DNA from: an uncultured Bacteroidales bacterium
GTDB taxonomy: Bacteria; Bacteroidota; Bacteroidia; Bacteroidales; UBA11471
NCBI GenBank assembly: GCA_944325415.1
Contig: CALUZW010000003.1
Location: 10,496 to 74,495 of the forward strand
Length of the DNA stretch: 64,000 bases
Reading direction: 5' to 3'
The notes beneath the pieces were generated by a model, which did not search any database, was not told where the DNA came from, and saw nothing but the letters and a program-made list of their open reading frames with translations. Position numbers and translations under genes: made by a program. Each line of letters begins with the position of its first letter. Within the stretch, counting starts at the first letter, position 1. Shown piece by piece: positions 1 to 8,541 of the stretch.

Positions 1-1449
1 CTGCTCATCGACCGCAGCCTTGTAATCGGCCGCCAGTATCAGGCCCTGTGCCGTGAGAGCCCGACGGCTCTCTCCCAGGACTATCTCGGGGGCACCTTTG
101 ACATAAAGCACCTTTTTGCCCAAGAGAGGCGACTCGACAATAGTCGCCATGTATTTACGTTCGGTCGAGAAGGTCAACTGGTCGACTACGGCAGCTCCTT
201 CGCGCAGGGTAAGGTAGTTCTCGCCCTTGGCTTTCAACCACAGCAACAGTGCCCCCTCGGTGGGGTTACCAATGACACGGGGTTTATCGCCGGCCTCGTC
301 GAGGAAGGCCGTCGAGTTGACGGCAATGCCTTCGCGTATAAGATTTCCCAATTCATTATCGGTAAGCGAGCGGTCGCCCAAGGCCCAGAAATCGGCCTGA
401 GCCACCTGCATCTGGTTCTTGGTGAGGGTACCGGTCTTGTCGGTGCAGATAACCGATACCGCCCCCATCGTCTCGCAGGCGTGCATCTTGCGCACCAGGT
501 TATTGGTAGCCAACATGCGCTTCATGCTCAGCGCCAGACTCAGCACGATACTCATAGGCAACCCCTCGGGCACCGACACCACAACGAGGGTGATGGCTAT
601 CATGAGGGTCTGGAAGATATAGGTGGCCGTCTCGGTCCAGTCGGGCGAGGCGTTCTGCGTAAAGAAGAGGACAAGCCGTGCCACAACAATCAGCGTAGCA
701 ATCGTGTAGCTGGCATAGGAGATGAGGCGCCCCAGCCCGTCGAGCTGACGGTTGAGGGGGGTCTTGGTATCGTTCTGTATCTGCGAGCCCTCATACACCT
801 TGCCATATTCGGTAGCATCGCCCACGGCAGTGATTCGGCACACACCGTGCCCGTCGACGACAGTGGTACCGCGCAGCACCTCGTTGGAGGGATAGGTAGC
901 ATCGGCGTCGAAATCGGCCTCGACCGTTGTCTTCGACACCACCGGCTCACCGGTAAGGGTCGACTCGTTGATTTGCAGCGAGACGCTTTCGAGCAGCACG
1001 GCATCGGCCGGCACCTCCTCGCCCAGTTCAAGTACCACAACATCGTCGACCACCACCTCTTTCTTGGAAATCTCGCAGATGCTGCCGTTGCGTATCACCT
1101 TCACCGGTATATCATCGTTGACCTGATTGAGAATGTCAAACTTTTTGTTGGCGCTCAGCTCAAAGAAGAACCCGACCGCCGTGGCCAGTATTACCGCCAC
1201 AAAGATGCCTATCGGCTCGAAAAATACTTCGGCTCCGTGACCGAGGCTCACAAACTCATATACGGCCACACCTACCGAGAGCAGCAGGGCTATCAACAAT
1301 ATCTTGATAATGGGGTCGTTGAACTTTTCCAGGAAAAGCAGCCACACCGACTTCTTCTTGGGCGGTGTCAACACGTTCTCCCCATGCAAACGACGGCTCT
1401 CGACCACCTGTTCGTCGGTCAGACCCGTATAAGTATGCTTCTGTTCCAT
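1..1449 (-). CDS. Calcium-translocating P-type ATPase (PMCA-like, type II), 5' part; runs off the window start
   Basis: Not in the ORF track because there is no stop in the window. Manual translation from ATG at 1449 gives MEQKHTYTGLTDEQVVESRRLHGENVLTPPKKKS...FLEKFNDPIIKILL, then TGES-like LTGEP, VPEGLP and the phosphorylation motif ICTDKTGTLT (about 420-450). Confidence 0.93.
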   Translation of the reverse strand, partial: MEQKHTYTGLTDEQVVESRRLHGENVLTPPKKKSVWLLFLEKFNDPIIKILLIALLLSVGVAVYEFVSLGHGAEVFFEPIGIFVAVILATAVGFFFELSANKKFDILNQVNDDIPVKVIRNGSICEISKKEVVVDDVVVLELGEEVPADAVLLESVSLQINESTLTGEPVVSKTTVEADFDADATYPSNEVLRGTTVVDGHGVCRITAVGDATEYGKVYEGSQIQNDTKTPLNRQLDGLGRLISYASYTIATLIVVARLVLFFTQNASPDWTETATYIFQTLMIAITLVVVSVPEGLPMSIVLSLALSMKRMLATNNLVRKMHACETMGAVSVICTDKTGTLTKNQMQVAQADFWALGDRSLTDNELGNLIREGIAVNSTAFLDEAGDKPRVIGNPTEGALLLWLKAKGENYLTLREGAAVVDQLTFSTERKYMATIVESPLLGKKVLYVKGAPEIVLGESRRALTAQGLILAADYKAAVDEQ

Positions 1450-1486
1450 GTCTATGAGAGTTGTTGTTTTTAAAGATTACGTCTTG

Positions 1487-1560
1487 CAAAGATACGCTAT
1501 TCCGGGCAAAACTGTTTTCCGACAGCGCGGTAAACGTCGTTTTGTAACACGATTGTAACA
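1487..1560 (-). promoter_or_regulatory. Probable promoter of the P-type ATPase with upstream direct repeat
   Basis: TATCTTTG (-7 box, minus strand 1487-1494); two TTGTAAC heptamers 11 bp apart at 1542 and 1553. Confidence 0.5.
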
Positions 1561-1575
1561 TCTGTTTACGCATAA

Positions 1576-1718
1576 CAAAAGAGCCGCTCTTCCACAGAGA
1601 AGCTCCTTCAACACACTATAACGAAAAAACAATAACAATCTTTTACCTGCCAAAGGAGGAAATGACTCCTACGAAACCTAAAACAGAATCTCACAAACCT
1701 TTCGTCCTCCTTATTTCG
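1576..1718 (-). ncRNA. Candidate small RNA (sRNA-1), about 140 nt
   Basis: It has its own -7 box (TACCTTTG, 1723-1730), a 5' hairpin closed by AAGGAGGA/TCCTCCTT, a U-rich linker and a terminal hairpin GAGCTTCTCTGTGGAAGAGCGGCTC followed by TTTTG. No credible ORF; the downstream gene has its own promoter. Confidence 0.5.
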
Positions 1719-1722
1719 AGGG

Positions 1723-1758
1723 CAAAGGTAGGTGAGTTTTGTAACAAAATGATGACAA
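1723..1758 (-). promoter_or_regulatory. Promoter with two Pho-box-like heptamers
   Basis: The minus strand reads TTGTCAT-N4-TTGTTAC-N10-TACCTTTG, the same 10-nt spacing to the -7 box as the array at 36607-36668. Confidence 0.55.
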
Positions 1759-1910
1759 AACGGTCTCTTTTCTGTGAAATATCGCACCGGTACCGGCTCC
1801 ACGGTCCCGCAGGAAAGTGAATTTTCTTACACGCTTTCTGCCTCCGACACAGCCACATCTCATTTATTTCTGTAATTTTGCACTTCACATTTTTTTAAAT
1901 CTCTATTTCT

Positions 1911-2987
1911 ATGATTTCCGAACAGAAAGCTGCCGTCTCGCATGGCATTCTCCTCATCGCTCTGTTTTCGTTCTCAGCCTTTTACATCAGCGAATTCCAA
2001 TGGGTAAAAGACCTGTCGCTCAGTCCCCTCATCGTAGGTATCATTCTGGGTATGCTCTACGCCAACAGCCTGCGCAACTACATTCCCGAGACCTGGGTTC
2101 CCGGCATCAAGTTCTGCACCAAGCAGATTCTGCGCACGGGTATCGTTCTCTACGGATTCCGTCTCACGTTCCAACAAGTGCTTGCCATCGGCCTTCCGGC
2201 CATCATCATCGATGTCATCGTCATCTTCATCACCCTGCTCCTGGGCGTCGTGGCCGGGCGTCTGCTGAAAATGGACGAGAAAACCTCGCTCATGGTATCG
2301 ACCGGTAGCGCCATCTGCGGAGCAGCCGCCGTACTGGGAGCCGAGCCCGTTGTGAAATGTGCCCCGCACAAGACAGCCATCGCCGTGTCGACGGTAGTCA
2401 TCTTCGGTACGCTCTCGATGTTTCTTTACCCCATTCTCTACCGTGCTGGCATCTTCGACCTCTCGGCTCAGGAGATGGCCATCTACTCCGGCGCCACCCT
2501 GCATGAGGTGGCCCACGTGGTAGGCGCCGGCAACGCCATGGACCCCGACGGCGCCCTGCACCTGGCCGACCAGGCTACCATCACCAAGATGATTCGTGTC
2601 ATGATGCTGGCCCCCGTACTGCTCATCATGAGCTACATCATAGCCCGTGTGCGCCGTGCCCGCCACACCGACGTTGCCGCCGACGGAAAGAGCAAGATAT
2701 CGGTTCCCTGGTTTGCGTTCGGATTCCTGCTGGTCATCGCCATCAACTCCCTGCTGCAATCGTTCACCTTTATTCCCGCCGACATCATGACCGCCGGTAT
2801 CAGTGCCATCAACAGCTTCGACAACTTCCTGCTCACCATGGCCATGACCGCCCTCGGTGCCGAGACCAGCATCGACAAGTTCAAACAGGCCGGAGCCAAG
2901 CCCTTCTACCTGGCCGGCATCATCTACCTGTGGCTCCTCTTCGGCGGATATGCCCTGTGTAAATACCTCGTACCGGCCCTATCCTAA
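1911..2987 (+). CDS. YeiH family (UPF0324) putative sulfate/sulfite exporter membrane protein
   Basis: Polytopic protein with family motifs LRTGIVLYGFRLT, GSAICGAAAV, GATLHEVAHVVGAG and KMIRVMMLAP. Confidence 0.9.
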   Translation: MISEQKAAVSHGILLIALFSFSAFYISEFQWVKDLSLSPLIVGIILGMLYANSLRNYIPETWVPGIKFCTKQILRTGIVLYGFRLTFQQVLAIGLPAIIIDVIVIFITLLLGVVAGRLLKMDEKTSLMVSTGSAICGAAAVLGAEPVVKCAPHKTAIAVSTVVIFGTLSMFLYPILYRAGIFDLSAQEMAIYSGATLHEVAHVVGAGNAMDPDGALHLADQATITKMIRVMMLAPVLLIMSYIIARVRRARHTDVAADGKSKISVPWFAFGFLLVIAINSLLQSFTFIPADIMTAGISAINSFDNFLLTMAMTALGAETSIDKFKQAGAKPFYLAGIIYLWLLFGGYALCKYLVPALS

Positions 2988-3042
2988 GCCGATAACAGGA
3001 GAAAACGGTTTCGGTAAAAACTGTTAAATATCGACCGGGTCA

Positions 3043-3070
3043 TGTAACTTTCGACCCGTTTCCGGGTCTT
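3043..3070 (+). promoter_or_regulatory. ECF sigma-type promoter
   Basis: TGTAAC-N16-GGTCT; same motif and spacing as 5351-5378. Confidence 0.5.
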
Positions 3071-3075
3071 ACGTT

Positions 3076-3258
3076 CAGAGGGCCCGGAAAAATGCACCCG
3101 CACACAGGTAGCACTTCCGGGCTCGGCTAAACAGTTTTTGTGTTTTTTCCGTTATAAGTTCGAGGAAAAAGGTTCTGGCCTCTTTCCCCAAGATTGAAAA
3201 AGGTTACAACAGAGGAGAGCCCCTTTCAAAAAAATGAAGGGACTCTCCTCGCTTTTTT
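3076..3258 (+). ncRNA. Candidate small RNA (sRNA-2), about 180 nt
   Basis: Follows the ECF-like promoter. It has a 5' hairpin (GGGCCCGGAA/TTCCGGGCTC), a U-rich linker and a terminator GAGGAGAG...CTCTCCTC-GCTTTTTT (3212-3258). The next gene has its own TACGTTTG -7 box. Confidence 0.5.
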
Positions 3259-3305
3259 ATAAAAAAAACAGTACGTTTGTAATACATCAACACATTCTTA
3301 ACCCC

Positions 3306-4403
3306 ATGAATATATTCCAACGCCTCATCCTCCTGGTATCGATATGCGGCTACGCTCCGCTCTTTGCTCAGACCGGCACTCCGGTACCCTCACTCTCCGG
3401 CACCGCCGACGGCCAGTTCTACATAGGTGCCGCCGTCGAGCCCCGCCAGCTGCAAGGCCCGGAGGGCGAACTGCTGAAAAGACAGGTCAACACCCTCACC
3501 GCCGAGAATGCCATGAAGATGTATGCCCTGTGGACGGGCAACGACAGTGCCGCCTACCGCTGGGCCGCTGCCGACCGCATCGTCGACTTTGCCCGCGAAA
3601 ACGGCATGAAAGTGCGGGGACACACCTTGATATGGCACAACGCGCCCGCCGCATTTTTCAAAGACGAGAACGGCAACGACCTCGACTCGGCCGCACTCTA
3701 CCGCCGCACCGAAGCCTATATGCGCGCCGTACTCATCCACTTCGACAGCACCGTCTTCTGCTGGGACGTCGTGAACGAGGCCATCGCCGAGCGCGACGGC
3801 GAAGGGAGCATCTACCGGCAAGACTCGCCGTGGTACCGCATCTGCGGAGCCGATTACATTGCCTGGGCTTTCCGCACGGCCCATCGCATACGCCCCGACA
3901 TGAAACTCTTCTACAACGATTACAGCCTCGTCTACCCCGACAAGCTGCAACGCACCCTCACCATGCTGCGCCAGCTGCTGGCCGAGGGGGTACCCATCGA
4001 CGGTGTGGGTATGCAGGCCCACTGGAACAACGCGGTTACCGCCGAACAGATACAGACAGCCGTCGACTCCTTTGCCATGCTGGGACTCGACATACACATC
4101 ACCGAGCTCGACCTCACCATCTACGGCAACTATCACGACGGCGCCCGCCAGGCGACCACGGCCACCCTCCCCTACGATGCCGAGACAAGCCGGCGGCAGG
4201 CCGAGGCTTACGCCCGCTTTTTCGAGCTATTCCGCCGCAACAGCGACAAGATTTCGTCGGTTACCCTGTGGGGCATCGCCGACAACCATACCTGGCTCAA
4301 CAACCACCCCGTAAAGGGGCGCCGCGACTACCCGCTGCTCTTCGATACGCTGCAACAACCCAAGGAGGCATTCTTCCGGGTCATCGACAAGCTGACGGAG
4401 TAA
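3306..4403 (+). CDS. Endo-1,4-beta-xylanase, glycoside hydrolase family 10, with signal peptide
   Basis: TAENAMK, RGHTLIWH, WDVVNE (acid/base Glu), YNDY, GMQAH and HITELD (nucleophile Glu). Start moved to ATG 3306, downstream of the -7 box. Confidence 0.93.
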   Translation: MNIFQRLILLVSICGYAPLFAQTGTPVPSLSGTADGQFYIGAAVEPRQLQGPEGELLKRQVNTLTAENAMKMYALWTGNDSAAYRWAAADRIVDFARENGMKVRGHTLIWHNAPAAFFKDENGNDLDSAALYRRTEAYMRAVLIHFDSTVFCWDVVNEAIAERDGEGSIYRQDSPWYRICGADYIAWAFRTAHRIRPDMKLFYNDYSLVYPDKLQRTLTMLRQLLAEGVPIDGVGMQAHWNNAVTAEQIQTAVDSFAMLGLDIHITELDLTIYGNYHDGARQATTATLPYDAETSRRQAEAYARFFELFRRNSDKISSVTLWGIADNHTWLNNHPVKGRRDYPLLFDTLQQPKEAFFRVIDKLTE

Positions 4404-4472
4404 CCCGCATCACATTCTCCCGAGAACCCTTCTCTCCTTTGAAATAACAAAAACCCGAAATCCACAACAACC

Positions 4473-5168
4473 ATGAAACGACTGTTGCTTATCGGCCTGC
4501 TGGCAACCGTCCTTCTCCCGCTGGCGGCGCAAAAAAAAGAACGGTCGATAGAAATCGACCCAAACGCCGGCATCGACATCGACGAAGTATTCGATGCCAT
4601 GGGGATAAAAATTGTAAACTACGATTTAAGTACACTTCGCGACGATACCTACAAGCTCTCCCTCTACATCGACGAATACAAGAATGGTAAAAAAGTAAAA
4701 CGCGACTACGAACTTACCATCGGAGACAACTGGCAACCCCTACCCGAAGATGCCGACAAGCGCAAAGAATTTATCAAAAAGAAAAATCTCGATGTTCCGA
4801 GAAAAGCCACACGCTGGCACATTGATAAAATGAACATCTATCTCGTACCCAAAAACGACAGTATCTCAAAAATAGTTATTCGCACACCGCGAAGGAATGC
4901 GATAAAAGAAGTGCGGTTGCAGGCCGTACCCCAATATTACTACAAGCTGATACGCTATGATTTCCGCCCCTTCGCCATAGCACCTCTTACCGACCAACAA
5001 CGGCAGGAGATACCCTTGGCCATTTACAACTCCTTCTGGTTCGATCCGAAAATCGACATATGCCGCTCTTGCTACGGCGACATTACAGCCAGTATGAGCG
5101 AAGAAGTCTTCACGTTGTCGCCCCACTACTATGTAATAGGTATCCGGCTCGACAAGCGGGAGAAATAA
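4473..5168 (+). CDS. DUF5041-like exported protein (paralog 1)
   Basis: Signal peptide; YDLS...LYIDEY...IPLAIYNSFWFD...SCYGDIT...PHYYVIG resembles Bacteroidetes DUF5041. Confidence 0.7.
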   Translation: MKRLLLIGLLATVLLPLAAQKKERSIEIDPNAGIDIDEVFDAMGIKIVNYDLSTLRDDTYKLSLYIDEYKNGKKVKRDYELTIGDNWQPLPEDADKRKEFIKKKNLDVPRKATRWHIDKMNIYLVPKNDSISKIVIRTPRRNAIKEVRLQAVPQYYYKLIRYDFRPFAIAPLTDQQRQEIPLAIYNSFWFDPKIDICRSCYGDITASMSEEVFTLSPHYYVIGIRLDKREK

Positions 5169-5190
5169 TTCACCACCCAATTTATCAACA

Positions 5191-5226
5191 GGCGAGGGCC
5201 GGCAAAATTTCTTGCCGGCCCTCGCC
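5191..5226. terminator. 15-bp perfect stem-loop after DUF5041 paralog 1
   Basis: GGCGAGGGCCGGCAA / TTGCCGGCCCTCGCC. There is no clear U-tract, so it may be a stability or processing hairpin instead. Confidence 0.5.
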
Positions 5227-5350
5227 CGCATATCACAGTCAGGACAGCCCCCCCTGGCACAACGGCCATTGGTGGCGGATAATATCCCGTCTAAAAAACA
5301 AATTACATCGTAGCAGGCTTTCAAATGTTTAAACTAATTTTGCAGCAGAG

Positions 5351-5378
5351 TGTAACCTTTCTGTTTACCGTGCGTCTA
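5351..5378 (+). promoter_or_regulatory. ECF sigma-type promoter of DUF5041 paralog 2
   Basis: TGTAAC-N16-CGTCTA, about 30 nt upstream of the ATG; AAC/CGT is the classic ECF -35/-10 core. Confidence 0.6.
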
Positions 5379-5406
5379 TTGTATAAAATCTAAACACCCC
5401 GAAATC

Positions 5407-6105
5407 ATGAAACACCTGTTCCTGACATTATTATTTGCAAGCCTATTATTACCCGTCAATGCCAAAGAAAAAGAGCCTCGCATAAAAGCCGACAAGATAT
5501 CCCATACAGATATTATAAATGTCCTCGAAGAAATGAATATCCACATGGCCCATTTCGATTTGAGCGAACTCGACAAAAAAGAATACAATATCAACTTCTA
5601 TATCGATGAATACAGACTCGGGGAAAAAACCAACCGTATCGCCAATTTCAAAATAGGGAGAAACAGGCAAGACCTGCCTGAAAAGGCCGATGAACGTGCT
5701 GCATTCATAAAGGCTCTTAACCTCGACATCTCAAAAAAGGCGAAATATTGGACACTAAATCAGATGAGCATATACGTTACACCGGAAAGCGATTCTACCG
5801 TGACCATCACCATGAGCTGTCCTCTTGGGTCGATTAACAAACAAGTAAAAATTGAGGCCCTCCCTCAAAACAAAAAACCCATATACGATTTTCGCACATT
5901 CGAAATTGCCCCGGTAACGGAAAAAACGCAAGAAATTCCTCTCATTATCTACAACTCTTACTTCTTCGATGAGAAACACAACATGTCCCGCTCATGCTAC
6001 GGAAACATTACCGCGGAAATGACAGAAGAGATTTTCGATAGACTCCCGCACTATTATGTCATGGGGATTACGCTCAAAGAAATAGAAAAACAGCATAAGC
6101 GATAA
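5407..6105 (+). CDS. DUF5041-like exported protein (paralog 2)
   Basis: Signal peptide; collinear with paralog 1 (FYIDEY, EIPLIIYNSYFFD, RSCYGNITAEM, PHYYVMG). Confidence 0.7.
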   Translation: MKHLFLTLLFASLLLPVNAKEKEPRIKADKISHTDIINVLEEMNIHMAHFDLSELDKKEYNINFYIDEYRLGEKTNRIANFKIGRNRQDLPEKADERAAFIKALNLDISKKAKYWTLNQMSIYVTPESDSTVTITMSCPLGSINKQVKIEALPQNKKPIYDFRTFEIAPVTEKTQEIPLIIYNSYFFDEKHNMSRSCYGNITAEMTEEIFDRLPHYYVMGITLKEIEKQHKR

Positions 6106-6139
6106 AACAACGGGCTGCATAAGATGCAGCCCGTTGTTT
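6105..6139. terminator. Bidirectional intrinsic terminator
   Basis: AAACAACGGGCTGCAT-aag-ATGCAGCCCGTTGTTT between convergent genes. Confidence 0.75.
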
Positions 6140-6197
6140 ATATCATTTCTCATGTCTATGGCAGGAGGGCACAATCTGTGCCTTTGCACCCAACCGC

Positions 6198-7154
6198 TCA
6201 ATACACGAGCGAAACATTGTCTATCCAGAAGCAGGTACCCACAGCACCTATAAAGGCGCCCTTGTCGCCCGAAGAGATGCGCAGCATCAGATGCGTGGGC
6301 TGAGCATCGGCGTCGGCCCAACCCACCACCTGTATGGGCACATTCTCGCCCCGGCTGTTGGTCGTGTAGCGGGGGCCGTCGGGCAAAATGAGTGCCATCT
6401 CGGGGGTGTAACAGGGTTCATTACTGATATCGCCGTAATAGATGGGTATGCGATAGCCATTCTGCCACTCGGCAACAGACTCGGAAAACTTGTGGTAGGC
6501 CGTACCCACCCGACGGGCATAGACATTGCCCTCCTCGTCTTCCCAGCGCTGTATGAGATAGAGGCTTATCTCGGCATTGTCCTTGCCTTCAATCTCCGAC
6601 GAGCGGAGGCCGGTAGCCTTCACCAACTGGTCGGCCAACTGCAATTTATAGTCGAGTTGCAACGCTTTGGGTCGTTGAGTAAAAGGAATTCCCTGGTCGA
6701 GTTTCCCTTGCGGATTCTTGGCATTCTTCACGGGCTCTTTTACCGCACCCAGAAACACCGAACCGGTGGCGACCACCGTAATGTTCACCATACCGAGAGC
6801 CTTGCAGGTCTCCTTGCGCACTTCGAGCCGCGCACACCGGTTGCCCGGCTCACGCTCCTCGGGAAAGACGGTAACACTCACCTTGTCGATACCCACAGGG
6901 CTGGCCCATACACTCGAACCTCCCCACGGCGAGTCGCTCGACTCCCGCACCCAGGGCTGAGCCCCGTTGATGGTCTGCTCAGGACCTAAGTGATATACCT
7001 CCTTGGTGGCACCGCCCAGCAGGGCCGACTCCTTGATGATGCGGGTCGTCCATCGCTCCATGTCGCCATAAGGTAACAACTCTACCCTCTCCGACTGGGC
7101 ACTAAGCACTCCCGGCAGGCACATCGCACAAACAAGCAATAGATTCTTTGTCAT
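6198..7154 (-). CDS. PCMD (putative carbohydrate metabolism domain) protein
   Basis: Signal peptide from MTKNLLL; YGDMERWTTRIIKESALLGG, GIPFTQRPKALQLDYK and PTHLMLRISSG...WIDNVSLVY are typical of Bacteroidales PCMD proteins. Confidence 0.75.
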   Translation of the reverse strand: MTKNLLLVCAMCLPGVLSAQSERVELLPYGDMERWTTRIIKESALLGGATKEVYHLGPEQTINGAQPWVRESSDSPWGGSSVWASPVGIDKVSVTVFPEEREPGNRCARLEVRKETCKALGMVNITVVATGSVFLGAVKEPVKNAKNPQGKLDQGIPFTQRPKALQLDYKLQLADQLVKATGLRSSEIEGKDNAEISLYLIQRWEDEEGNVYARRVGTAYHKFSESVAEWQNGYRIPIYYGDISNEPCYTPEMALILPDGPRYTTNSRGENVPIQVVGWADADAQPTHLMLRISSGDKGAFIGAVGTCFWIDNVSLVY

Positions 7155-7417
7155 ATACAGTTGTTGAATTCCCGGCAAAGATAGGCAATCGGACAGAAAA
7201 CGCACAGAAGCGCCCGAAGTTTTTTCGGTAAATTCGCCTTTTTCTACACATTCTCCACCATACAACAGCACATCTGTCGCCGATGGTACCGGTCACGACC
7301 GCGCATTTTCTCGCGACTTGCGGCAGTCAGGCTCGATTCGTGGCACAAAAACAGGCTTTTCCATAAAAAATAACTACCTTTGTGCAGTTTTTACAAAAAC
7401 ATTATAACCTAACGATT

Positions 7418-8299
7418 ATGAAAGCATTTGTATTTCCGGGACAAGGCGCCCAATTCGTAGGCATGGGCAAAGAGCTGTACGACACCAACAGCGAAGCCAA
7501 AGCCATGTTTGAGAAAGCCAACGAGATATTAGGTTTCCGCATCACCGACCTGATGTTTGCCGGTACCGACGAAGACCTGCGTCAGACCAAGGTTACCCAA
7601 CCGGCCATCTTCCTGCACTCGGTGATTCTCGCCAAAACAATGGGCGATGCCTTCTGCCCCGAAATGGTAGCGGGCCACTCTCTCGGCGAATTCTCGGCCC
7701 TGGTTGCCGCCGGAGCCCTTTCGTTTGAAGACGGCGTGCGCCTGGTAGCTGCCCGTGCCCGCGCCATGCAGAAAGCCTGCGAGGCTACTCCCTCGACCAT
7801 GGCTGCCGTACTGGCTCTCCCCGATGAGAAAATAGAAGAGATATGCGCTTCGGTAACCGAAGGCGTTGTCGTTCCGGCCAACTACAACTGCCCGGGACAG
7901 GTCGTTATCTCGGGCGACGAAAAAGGTATCGACGCCGCTTGCGAGAAGATGCTCGCCGCCGGTGCCAAACGTGCCCTGAAACTGAAAGTAGGCGGTGCCT
8001 TCCACTCGCCCATCATGGAGCCGGCCCGTGCCGAACTGGCCGAGGCCATTGCCAACACACAGTTCTTCGAGCCCAAATGCCCCGTTTACCAAAACGTGAG
8101 CGCACAGGCTGTAACCGACCCTGCCGCCATCAAAGCCAACCTGATAGCCCAACTCACCGCTCCGGTACGCTGGACACAATCGGTGCTGAACATGATTGCC
8201 GACGGTGCCACCTCGTTTACCGAAGTAGGTCCCGGCAGCGTGCTGCAAGGCCTTATCAAGAAAATCAACAAAGAGGTAGAAACCTCGGGCGTGCAATAA
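7418..8299 (+). CDS. fabD: Malonyl-CoA:ACP transacylase
   Basis: FVFPGQGAQ, TQPAIF, GHSLGE (catalytic Ser), ANYNCPGQVV and GAFHS. Confidence 0.97.
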   Translation: MKAFVFPGQGAQFVGMGKELYDTNSEAKAMFEKANEILGFRITDLMFAGTDEDLRQTKVTQPAIFLHSVILAKTMGDAFCPEMVAGHSLGEFSALVAAGALSFEDGVRLVAARARAMQKACEATPSTMAAVLALPDEKIEEICASVTEGVVVPANYNCPGQVVISGDEKGIDAACEKMLAAGAKRALKLKVGGAFHSPIMEPARAELAEAIANTQFFEPKCPVYQNVSAQAVTDPAAIKANLIAQLTAPVRWTQSVLNMIADGATSFTEVGPGSVLQGLIKKINKEVETSGVQ

Positions 8300-8370
8300 A
8301 CCGTCCATCAACCTCTCAACGGGTCGTTGACATTCTATCCAACCCGTCGACTTTGTAAACCTTTATATCC

Positions 8371-8410
8371 GAAGGGGCATAACAAATCCAAACGATTGTT
8401 ATGCCCCTTC
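8371..8410 (+). terminator. Stem-loop after fabD
   Basis: GAAGGGGCATAACAA / TTGTTATGCCCCTTC, 15-bp stem. Confidence 0.6.
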
Positions 8411-8484
8411 AAAATTATATTGCCGGCCCGTTAGCATTGCGGCACATACAGTAGAAAAGCGTGAATCGAGACATATGAAAAACG

Positions 8485-8516
8485 AAGGCGTCGGGAAAGA
8501 AACTTCCCGACGCCTT
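8485..8516 (-). terminator. Terminator of the nuo-atp cluster
   Basis: AAGGCGTCGGGAA / TTCCCGACGCCTT followed by CGTTTTT on the minus strand, 25 nt after the nuoN stop. Confidence 0.75.
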
Positions 8517-8541
8517 ACCTGTCGTAACTATTTATCGAAAA

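Noticed and set aside
1450-1760. Possible yybP-ykoY (Mn2+) riboswitch upstream of the P-type ATPase
   Set aside because: The conserved GGGGAGUA and associated loop motifs were not found; reported as a generic sRNA/leader candidate instead.
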